A stretch of 64,000 nt of DNA. It comes from Escherichia phage AV101. The position numbers and the translations under genes were made by a program. The notes beneath the pieces are model-generated. The model was not told the DNA's origin. It ran no database searches and saw only the letters and a list, made by a program, of their open reading frames with translations. This document shows positions 35,150-44,000 of the stretch, piece by piece (position 1 is the first letter of the stretch; every line of letters starts with the position of its first letter). The stretch lies in sequence record OQ973471.1; one strand, given 5' to 3'.

Positions 35150-37369
35150 TCACCGTCTCAGCCATTCTTCCATAGACATACCAGAGCGTTCATCATAAAC
35201 CTGAATTCCACCGAACCCTGGGATGTTCTCCACAGAGTGAGGATCTGGCGTCGACATCATACCTCCAAATGGTAGCATCTGTGATTCTTCCATCGCAGAC
35301 AACCGCCCCCTCATATCAACCGAGATGCTGGAGTTGGTGAGATCACTAAACCATTCTTGTTTCACCGCCCATGCATAGAGCACAAGAGGCATTACACAGT
35401 CATCATGACAACCATCATCGGCTTCATACCTTGTTCCAGTCCATACGAATGTACTGAGTTCATCTATCGTGTCCTGGTCATCTATCACCAGCATTTCACG
35501 TTCAATCAGGGCTTTCAGGTTGGCGCAGCCGTTTGTGCGCACCTTCTTGTTGGTATTGATACCAGGTTCAGGGCGGCGACCACCGATTCTCTTGCCTGTA
35601 CCCTTGGTATCTGTTGTGGTGAAGATGATCTCGGGATATTCAATTTCCTGGTATAGAATTGTGATTACCTGACCACCCACGTCGTTGTTAGTCTCGACTA
35701 GCATCGGGCACGTTCCATACTTCTCGCCCATATCGGCGATTGTGTACGCATACATCATTGGAGGTATCGTGTTATTTCGATACTTGGCTGCGATCTTGTG
35801 AGGATAGTCTGTGATGTCGATAATGGTCAGCACAGAATAATCCCCTTCAACACCCTTGCCTGTATCTGCGATACCCATATAAATGCGCTTAGGATCGTAA
35901 TCGTGATAAATCTTGGTGAACTCGTTCGGCTCCTGATACAGCTTCGAGGTCATCTTGTCCAGACACTTGGCAGGTATCAGTGATCCCACAGAACCACGGA
36001 ACTTAATGCCAAATTCTTGATCGAAACGCGCATCACCCAGCTTCGCCCTTTGTTTGGATTCCCAGTCTGGATCTTTGGTATACGTTGGAACACGATACCA
36101 TGGGACCTCTGTGAGTTTGAAGTCGTTGTATTGTGGGTGTTCTGGGTTCGCCTTGGTGACGATGTCGTAGAACAACCCGCGCTGACCTTTCGGCGTACTG
36201 GTCAGAATACAACGTGAAGTCTCTGCAGATGCAATCGCCGGGAATGTAGACTCCCAGAATTCAAAGTCGTTTTCAATGAACGCCACTTCGTCCACATACA
36301 GGAGCGATACAGATCGACCACGGATGGAGTCGGAAGATGTCGCATAGGCGTAGATCTTTGATCCGTTTTCGAACTCTATCAGCGTGGAACCGAACTTCTC
36401 ACAACCCTGTTGGAGGAAGAATGGCAAATCCTGGTATGCCTTGCGGATACGGTCTAGGATTTCAATCGCCTGCTTCTCTTTGTTCGCCAGTACCGCGATC
36501 TCTTTGTCAGAGTGGAACATCGCATACCAGAGCAGGAACGCTGCCACGACTGTCGTGTTGTGGCTGAGGAAGCCGTTGGTGTAGTAGCGCTGATCACTAG
36601 ATTTCACCTGTAGGTCATACATGTGATGCGTCTCACCAGTCTGCCAAACCTCACGGATTTCTTCTGGACCTTCTGACGTCATGATGTATGACCCGGCATT
36701 CAGGTCTTTGGCAAATATCTCCTTCATTTCCGGAGTGAAGAACATATGTTTGTCGGCCACGTTAATTCGTCGCCCGGTAACGGTGACAATAACGAATTCC
36801 GCATATTTCTTCGTCTTATGCGCTGCGATAACCGGAACCCAGCCACTATCGGATTGCACAAAGTAACGTTTGCCGAAGCGGCTGTCCACGAACTTGTCAT
36901 GGTTGCCAATGGTATTCAGCGGCACAGCGTGGTTGACGTCCTCGAAGCGGCTGTGAAGCTCCCCTATGGTCAGGAGCAACTGCTCTTGGCTGAGAGTATC
37001 GTAAACTGTGACAAGCGTGTCACCTTTTACACATTTCCCAGACTGACGAGCCTGGACGACCGCATTGAATCGATAGTCCTGGAAGTCATGGAACAACTGC
37101 TTCTGGTAATCGTGCATGTCAAAGAGGATGAAGCCTTTATCGATGGTCGTGATCTTGTAGTAGTTGGCGGCGAAGTAATGGGCGTCCATCGCACACTCGA
37201 CGAACTCCGATTCTTGTTCGTCGGTTAGCATCAACTCCACACGAGGAGCACGCACAGACGGCTTGCGCATGAACGTTTGGTCCATACGCAGTCTGACGTC
37301 TTCTGTCTTAAACCCCGTCTTGAGTGGGGCGTATTCTACATCACGCTTCTGATACGCCATTGTCTTCAC
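35150..37369 (-). CDS. terminase large subunit (T4 gp17-like) containing a mini-intein
   Basis: Walker A QSGK/T split by the intein; nuclease domain follows; 739 aa including 159 intein residues. Confidence 0.85.
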   Translation of the reverse strand: MKTMAYQKRDVEYAPLKTGFKTEDVRLRMDQTFMRKPSVRAPRVELMLTDEQESEFVECAMDAHYFAANYYKITTIDKGFILFDMHDYQKQLFHDFQDYRFNAVVQARQSGKCVKGDTLVTVYDTLSQEQLLLTIGELHSRFEDVNHAVPLNTIGNHDKFVDSRFGKRYFVQSDSGWVPVIAAHKTKKYAEFVIVTVTGRRINVADKHMFFTPEMKEIFAKDLNAGSYIMTSEGPEEIREVWQTGETHHMYDLQVKSSDQRYYTNGFLSHNTTVVAAFLLWYAMFHSDKEIAVLANKEKQAIEILDRIRKAYQDLPFFLQQGCEKFGSTLIEFENGSKIYAYATSSDSIRGRSVSLLYVDEVAFIENDFEFWESTFPAIASAETSRCILTSTPKGQRGLFYDIVTKANPEHPQYNDFKLTEVPWYRVPTYTKDPDWESKQRAKLGDARFDQEFGIKFRGSVGSLIPAKCLDKMTSKLYQEPNEFTKIYHDYDPKRIYMGIADTGKGVEGDYSVLTIIDITDYPHKIAAKYRNNTIPPMMYAYTIADMGEKYGTCPMLVETNNDVGGQVITILYQEIEYPEIIFTTTDTKGTGKRIGGRRPEPGINTNKKVRTNGCANLKALIEREMLVIDDQDTIDELSTFVWTGTRYEADDGCHDDCVMPLVLYAWAVKQEWFSDLTNSSISVDMRGRLSAMEESQMLPFGGMMSTPDPHSVENIPGFGGIQVYDERSGMSMEEWLRR
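36557..37033 (-). other. mini-intein (159 aa) in the terminase P-loop
   Basis: Begins CVKGDTLV directly after ARQSGK; ends MYDLQV...NGFLSHN followed by Thr +1 and TTVVAAF; too short to hold a homing-endonuclease domain. Confidence 0.7.
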
Positions 37370-38054
37370 CTTCTTCCTTCGGCTGCGGCTCGGCCTGAAC
37401 GTCGATTACATCTTCTTCGGGATCAGGTCCTTTGGACGCAGCTTTCGCTGCAGCACGTTCTTCAGCACGTTTACGGGCGTCTTCGATGGTCTTCAGTAGA
37501 TCACGGGAAGACCTGGCCTGTTTACCGACGTTGACCGTGGTTGTGCCATCAGGGGACGTGGTGACCTCGACGGTTGTTTCGTCTCCAGGAGGTGGCTCTC
37601 TGTCGCCCGTGACCGCCTTGATAGTTTTCTGGTTCTCCATCAGGTCTTTGTTCAGACCGCGCATGAGTTCACCCAACTCTTTGAAGACTGTGAAAGCACG
37701 GGGTGCTTCAGTCGTCGTCGCAAGTTTGGCTGCCTGTCCCATCATGAACATCGTGGCTTCCTGCATGGCATAAGTTGTGTCACGGATGCGTTTGTAGTCG
37801 GTGGTGGCATCAGTGTCTTCGAAGTCTGGAACCTTAGATTCCTTGGGCTTCAGCTCTTCTGGGTCCAATGAAGGAGGAAACACCACAGGCTCATACCCCA
37901 CAGGCTTTTCACCCAACCACACGCCTGTATCCGGATCGTAATCCTTTCCAGCCACAGGCGAGGTCTTCTCCATGACTTCTTGAGCGACCTCATCTCGCGC
38001 TTGGATAGCGCTGAGGGTGGATAATAGGCGTTCTGACATAGCACTCATAATCAA
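37341..38054 (-). CDS. terminase small subunit (T4 gp16 position; tentative)
   Basis: 237 aa immediately upstream of and overlapping the large terminase gene; assigned by synteny. Confidence 0.45.
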   Translation of the reverse strand: MIMSAMSERLLSTLSAIQARDEVAQEVMEKTSPVAGKDYDPDTGVWLGEKPVGYEPVVFPPSLDPEELKPKESKVPDFEDTDATTDYKRIRDTTYAMQEATMFMMGQAAKLATTTEAPRAFTVFKELGELMRGLNKDLMENQKTIKAVTGDREPPPGDETTVEVTTSPDGTTTVNVGKQARSSRDLLKTIEDARKRAEERAAAKAASKGPDPEEDVIDVQAEPQPKEEGEDNGVSEA

Positions 38055-38746
38055 TCTCCAGGATGATGTACACCGTCTTTGTCAACACGGAACCATTCTG
38101 GCAGTTCCGTCCACGGTGTTTTCAAATCATTAGACATTTCGATAATTATCTCTTTGATCCCGTTAGGATCCCCGCCTCCACCGTTGTCCACCCAATAGTC
38201 ATACCCATAGATGAAGCCGCTCAGCTGGAACATGAAGGAGCAGTCGACGTGTGGTGAATCAGAAGCATCCCCTTCCCAATTATCGGACATCTGGTGGCTA
38301 ATCAGTTGGATCTTGATCTTCTGGTCTTGCTGTAGTGTATCGTTGTCCTTGATACCACAGTCTAGAGAGGGAGTGAATACCGAATAAACCTGCTCTAGCA
38401 CCTGTAACATCTCAACCAATTTCTTGGTTCGGATATTGTACTCAAAATCGATAATCAGGGGGATTCGCTGCTTCGCCCCTGCTGTTGGTGTCGATTGTCG
38501 ATTGTGGTACGTCTTCGTCACCTGTTTGTTGATCTCAAACTGACCAAAAGAGAAGGTCGCAAATGGAAGCATGTTGGATGGCACGTTCCTGTTGAGGTCA
38601 TTGCGTCTCCCGATGGCCATGTGTAATGGGACTTCCATAAGTCCACGCTCTGTGTTCACCTTCAGGTCAGACATAATGGTGGCAAACAGATTGATGTATT
38701 TCATCAATGAATCATGGTAGAAGTAATTTTCAAATGGTCTGGCCAT
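38051..38746 (-). CDS. tail completion/sheath stabiliser (T4 gp15 position)
   Basis: 231 aa; synteny gp13-gp14-gp15-gp16-gp17. Confidence 0.5.
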   Translation of the reverse strand: MARPFENYFYHDSLMKYINLFATIMSDLKVNTERGLMEVPLHMAIGRRNDLNRNVPSNMLPFATFSFGQFEINKQVTKTYHNRQSTPTAGAKQRIPLIIDFEYNIRTKKLVEMLQVLEQVYSVFTPSLDCGIKDNDTLQQDQKIKIQLISHQMSDNWEGDASDSPHVDCSFMFQLSGFIYGYDYWVDNGGGGDPNGIKEIIIEMSNDLKTPWTELPEWFRVDKDGVHHPGD

Positions 38747-38748
38747 GA

Positions 38749-39399
38749 TTATTCTCCAAAGTCGATCTTCATATTGTCTGTTGCAAGCCCCTTCTCAAGA
38801 ACATCTGCTAAAGCATTGTCGGTCTGTAGAGAAGAATCCTTGTACACGTCCGGTTCGTTCTCTTCGTCCAAGATGGACAGACGTTTGTCGATATCGTCGA
38901 TCTCCGGAACGCCCGTATCGAAGTTTTCGTTGCCGTACTGGAACAATGTGCACGGTAGAGAGAACGTATACCATTTGCCAAATTGCATGAAGTCTTCATC
39001 GTTGTTCGGGTTGTTGACCTTGAAGATCTTGTTCGCCAGTGGTAGATAGATCAGGTCACCTTCCTGAGGTTGTTGTTCAATCCCAACACCGTTGCCTATT
39101 ACCTCGGCAAATCGGCGGCGCGAGATAGAGAACGTCACTTCGTCTTGTAATTGGATACCCCCAAACTTCTCCCACATCTGGGTGTTGAAGCCCTGATAAT
39201 CCTGCATGTACGCTTCGATGTCGAACGCCTGGTCGAACCTGTGGTTAGCATCGTTGGTGATAGGAAATTTTTCAACGATGGAACGGGGTATATACTTGAT
39301 GTCTATCCCGCGCAACTCAATCATTTCCTGTACCAAATCTTCAATCAGCTTCTGTGTGCCTTGGTGATTGGTGGCGTTGAAATATTTAGAAGTGGCCAT
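38749..39399 (-). CDS. neck protein (T4 gp14 position)
   Basis: 216 aa; GAGGG RBS; CTAAATACC motif upstream. Confidence 0.5.
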   Translation of the reverse strand: MATSKYFNATNHQGTQKLIEDLVQEMIELRGIDIKYIPRSIVEKFPITNDANHRFDQAFDIEAYMQDYQGFNTQMWEKFGGIQLQDEVTFSISRRRFAEVIGNGVGIEQQPQEGDLIYLPLANKIFKVNNPNNDEDFMQFGKWYTFSLPCTLFQYGNENFDTGVPEIDDIDKRLSILDEENEPDVYKDSSLQTDNALADVLEKGLATDNMKIDFGE

Positions 39400-39420
39400 A
39401 TCGATACCCTCAATTTTGAA

Positions 39421-39429
39421 GGTATTTAG
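39421..39429 (-). promoter_or_regulatory. late-promoter-like motif CTAAATACC
   Basis: About 25 nt upstream of the gp14-like ATG. Confidence 0.35.
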
Positions 39430-39458
39430 TCGAAGTTTATTCTTTTGAGGAATAGCTC

Positions 39459-39671
39459 ATGCAAGTGGAAGACATCAAAGAAGTTCGCAGCGGTCGTCGC
39501 GTCCGAATCATCTGTGTAGACGCCAAGATTGGAGGTGGTGATTACGACATCGTCGGTCTGGTGAAAGAAGTAGATGGTACAGACTTCATTGAGTGGTGGA
39601 ACTCCAAAGACAAGACAGAAGACGGTCTGCTGCGTGGTAGTGGCAACGGAAACCTGGATTTGAAAATCTAA
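39459..39671 (+). CDS. small plus-strand protein inside the neck module
   Basis: 70-aa ORF with GAGGAA RBS 8 nt upstream; followed by its own terminator. Confidence 0.45.
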   Translation: MQVEDIKEVRSGRRVRIICVDAKIGGGDYDIVGLVKEVDGTDFIEWWNSKDKTEDGLLRGSGNGNLDLKI

Positions 39672-39700
39672 AAGAAGGGCGGGTAATCCCGCCTTTCCTT
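39672..39700 (+). terminator. rho-independent terminator
   Basis: GGCGGG-TAAT-CCCGCC followed by TTTCCTT. Confidence 0.5.
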
Positions 39701-40457
39701 ATCCCATGTAGAAGTCGATAGGGTACTGCTGACCAGTACGCAGTTCTTCCTCTAAACGCTCGATCTCCGCTTCAGCCTCACTGAACATACTATCGCCATC
39801 CAGCTCGATACCGCCAGGGAGACGGATGCCTCTTGCCTTCTTGAGCACTTCTGCCCAGCGGCGCTTAACCAACGCAGTTGCATATGCCTTCAGCCACATA
39901 TCATTCCATGCTTCTTCATTACCCTCAACCTCTGGGTCGATGTTCTGGAAGCATTTGAACGCCAACACCTCGTCCTTTATCAGGGCGAATTGTGGGTAGA
40001 GTTTGCGCTGGAATTTCTTGTAAACGAAGGTGCGCTTCACGTTCAGCACACTGGTGATGTCAGACAAACGCTGTTGCATTGAAACATAGTCGACCAAGCG
40101 GATGGAAACGAGGGCTGCCTTTGGTACCAACATGGCTTGGGCCATCTGCCATTGAGGGGTTGCCCAGTTACCGATCGATTCAATCGGAGGACCAACGATG
40201 ACTTCAACCACGTCGTCGATGTCTTTGGGGAATTCGATGTAACCGTTGGTGATAGTTTCTTCAGTCACCTGGTGAACAAAGAATGCGTCCTGACTGCCAT
40301 CACGATGATACTCCCAAAACTTCTGTAGAGCATCGTCTACAGCATCCGAAACTTGCGTTGGGTCAAGGTTGATCTGAATTACAGGTGCCCCCAATTTCTT
40401 GAGAATGTAATTCATAAATCCTTTACGATCAACAATAGAATTAACGGCCATTGCCAT
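39699..40457 (-). CDS. neck protein (T4 gp13 position)
   Basis: Start at MAMAVNSIVDR with AAGGGG RBS. Confidence 0.5.
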   Translation of the reverse strand: MAMAVNSIVDRKGFMNYILKKLGAPVIQINLDPTQVSDAVDDALQKFWEYHRDGSQDAFFVHQVTEETITNGYIEFPKDIDDVVEVIVGPPIESIGNWATPQWQMAQAMLVPKAALVSIRLVDYVSMQQRLSDITSVLNVKRTFVYKKFQRKLYPQFALIKDEVLAFKCFQNIDPEVEGNEEAWNDMWLKAYATALVKRRWAEVLKKARGIRLPGGIELDGDSMFSEAEAEIERLEEELRTGQQYPIDFYMG

Positions 40458-40779
40458 TCCCCTTGTTGCTCTGGATATCAGCGACGGTGATACGTAAAGT
40501 GCGAACGTCATCGGATAGACTGTTGCTATTGAGTTTCAACTCAGCAACGTTCTGCTTGACGTAGTTAACGTCTGTGTTTAACACAGCAATCTTCTCATTC
40601 ATATCGTTCACCTTGGTGAGGATTAGGTCGACCTTGTTGGAGTCACGCTCAACCACATCAAGGCGATTCTCAAATTTACCCATCATCCAAACAACCGAGC
40701 CAACAGAGACTATCGTCGCCGTCAGCACCCCGGTGAGGATCGCTTTCACATCGATCACAGTGTCAGTTTGGGTTGCCAT
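40441..40779 (-). CDS. membrane-anchored coiled-coil protein
   Basis: Start MATQTDTVID with AGGAGG RBS; hydrophobic helix ILTGVLTATIVSVGSVVWMM then heptad-like region. Confidence 0.5.
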   Translation of the reverse strand: MATQTDTVIDVKAILTGVLTATIVSVGSVVWMMGKFENRLDVVERDSNKVDLILTKVNDMNEKIAVLNTDVNYVKQNVAELKLNSNSLSDDVRTLRITVADIQSNKGNGNGR

Positions 40780-41011
40780 CTTGTCCTCCTGACGGGAGTT
40801 CAATCCCGAGGTGTTCCGCCATGAGTTGTACCATCGCTGTCAGTTGATCTATTTGCGCTGCCTGCGCTGCAATAGTTCTGTTCTTTTCTTCCTGATTTCG
40901 ACGAGCGTTCAGTGCTGCCAAACCGGCAGCATTGTCTGTGCAGATGATAGCCCCAGGGCAAGAGCTACTTCTCATCATCGATGCATGCCCTTGTACTTTT
41001 ACACCACGCAT
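40763..41011 (-). CDS. hypothetical protein
   Basis: 82 aa; AGAGGA RBS; downstream of a terminator hairpin. Confidence 0.45.
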   Translation of the reverse strand: MRGVKVQGHASMMRSSSCPGAIICTDNAAGLAALNARRNQEEKNRTIAAQAAQIDQLTAMVQLMAEHLGIELPSGGQDGNPN

Positions 41012-41027
41012 GATAATATCCTCTGTT

Positions 41028-41050
41028 AATGGCGGGGCAACCCCGCCTTG
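41028..41050 (-). terminator. hairpin terminator after the large structural gene
   Basis: GGCGGGG-CAA-CCCCGCC. Confidence 0.45.
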
Positions 41051-41060
41051 TTAATACTAC

Positions 41061-44000
41061 TTATGCCAGAGCAATCAAACGGAAATCTTTGAATGACGGC
41101 GGTGCTGTGCGGTTGCCTCTGACCAGCAGGCGGATCTTCAGACCAACGAAAGGATTGGTGCTGTCTACAGTCTTGTCATACTCATATTCGAAGAATGTAG
41201 AACCGTCATTGACCAGAGGGGATGTCGGTGTCACAGTTTCCCATGCCACATTATCCATCTCCTGGCCTGCGCGCAGCAGTTTAACCTGCACAGTCATTGA
41301 AGACTGAGAAGGTAGCATCGCGCCGAAGTATTGTTTCAGAGTGGTGCAAGGGTTATCGAATCCGATATCCTTGGTCACGTAGCTGAACACGTCTTCAAAC
41401 GGATCCACACCGTATGTGTTGAAGATGATAGTGAAATCATCCCCATCAATCATTGGAGCCGTGTAGACATTACTCTCGTTGCGAGTCATGGTTGCACGAA
41501 CCTGGAAGTCACCCACCTGACGATAGATACCTTCCGTCGGCAGAGACACGTCCGTATCGGATTCGAACTCAACCCAATCAGAGAATGAGTTGGAGGTTGC
41601 ATCGCGATAGCGGTATTCCAGTTTCAATACAGATCCTTCTAGGGCTGAATTGGTGACGCTTGCATAGAACATGTCTACCAAGTAGTTGCCCAGGAAAGAT
41701 GCTGCTTCACCACCAATCTGACCGTCGGAGTCGGCGTTGGAACTCAGAACGAATTTGAACGTCGTGAACGTCGCATCAGTCACAGTGTGTTGAGCGTTCA
41801 GCTGCTCAGGAGTGAAACCGCAACCACCCGTCAACCCAGACAGAGTAACACTTTCGCCCGCAGTCAGGCCATGCCCCGGAGCGTACACAGTAACAGTTGA
41901 AGAACCGTTGACACATTTCACGGTGTTCAGACCCAGAGGGCGGATCTTCGGACCGACTTTAGCATCGAAGGTCACGATGTTTGAACCAGCGGAGAAGTTA
42001 CAGCGATACACACGGAACTTCATATCGGCAGTCTGGTTTGGAGTCCAGGTCGTACCATTTGAAGATGTGAAGAACACGCCAGTGTACGGCTGTTTGGCAA
42101 TGAACTCGTTGGTCAGCAAGTTCTTCTTGCCCATCTCTGCGATGTATGCATTGTAATCTTGAGTGTTGGCCAAGAGAACAATCGCGAACTCGGTTTGCGC
42201 CTGCAGATACACAGGATAATCAAACTTGAACATCGTTGGTACAGAAGAGTCTGTGGAGACGGAAACTTCTGATGGATTCAGAGTCTTACGAGTGACGACA
42301 GTCGTCGCTGGCAGACCATTGCTCATCTCACGGATTTCCAGAGTGATCGGGATATCACGGGACTTGGTAGAGAAGAACACTTCGATGCCTTCGATGTATT
42401 CGCCGCCGATATTGGTGGCAACCATGAAGGACTGGGCGATAGGATCTTTCCACTTCGCGACTTCAACCGTCTCTGTTTTGTTTTCCGTAGACTTGGTCGC
42501 AGTGTATCCCAGGACGCGAGTGTTGACATAAGTCTTCTGGATACCCTGTTTCTTGCCGAAGGACTTATGAACCGCCTCAGCATTGGTCAGGGTATCATCA
42601 GCAGACTTGCTGTCCACAGGACTGTCAGTCAGACGGAAGACGTTGTCACCCGTGTTAAACTTGATAGTCTCGTTCTGAGGAACCGCAAACACGCCTTTGA
42701 TGTTACCGTTGGCATCGGTGTTCAGCGCACCACCCAATACACCGCCGTTTGGGGTACAGTACGCGCTCACATCACGCCCAGAGAAGAACGGATACACACG
42801 AGTGAACGGACGCAGGCCTGTGGCTTCGAAGTTGATGTTCGTTTTGCGCATGTATGGGATTACCTGCGTTTCAACGATCTGCTCACCAGTCATGGTGGTA
42901 GTCGTCCTGTCGGTGTACGTGTACGTGGTAATGTCACGGGTGGACACAGTCGTGCGGTAGCGGTAGCCCCACCATACACCACCCGCACCATGCGGTTCCC
43001 ACACACGCTCAGACACGGACACAGTACGCCATGTGCCGTACACAGAACCTTCTTTGATCGCACCACGGGTGTTGATCGTTTCGTTGATCACGCGTGGAGT
43101 AACATAGTAGTTCTCAAACCAGTAATCAGTAGTCGGGTTCAGCTTCAAGAAACCTTCCCAGTTGAACACCGCATACGGGTTCACGTTGATGGTCGTGGTT
43201 GCATAGTCCTGGCGGACAGAGATCTCACGGGTGTAGTTGCATACAACCATGCCATCCTGAACGTTGTTCCAACCGACTGGCGTCAGGTCAATCGCGTTCT
43301 GCTGAACAAACGGACGCAGGCGACCATTGTCAGTGTCGATTGAACCCACCCAGTCTGTAGACAAATCGTCGATAAGACGGAAGTCTTTGAACGGGTCTGC
43401 TGCGATACCGTTCTTGAAGCGCGGGTTGCCAGTAATTGGATCGAACACCTGTTGTGCCATCGCCGAGGATTCCAGCTGAGACAGTGAGGTGTAATATTCG
43501 ACATTGGAGATACGGGTCTCCAGTTTACCGATATCGCGCATCGTGTAGCGGCGGTTGTCGATAGTACGAATCTGAATGTCATCGATGTTGGCCGTGTAAG
43601 GTGGGATCATCAATTCGTACAGACGCATGCTGTTGTCTGGGATCGCAGGGGAAGCCAGGTTGTTGGAACTCACACCACGCGCAACGTTGAACACACCGTT
43701 GTCGGCCAGATACACAGCATCAATACGAGGCAGATAGTACTCTGCATCTAGGATGATCGCGGTGTTCGGGCGAACCATGTCCGTGTCAGACGCTCCGCTG
43801 GTGATCTTGGGACGGAAGTCCAGACTGTCGGCCAACCCATACACAGTACCAGAACTGGATGAAACATAGTTCGGGATGTCTGGGTAGTTGATGGACGAAT
43901 AGGAGTCCGCTGTGAAGAAATCACCAGAGCTGTGAGCGAAATACTGATACACCACCGTGAACGTCCCTGAAATGGCTCCAGTGGACGATATGAGGTTAGA

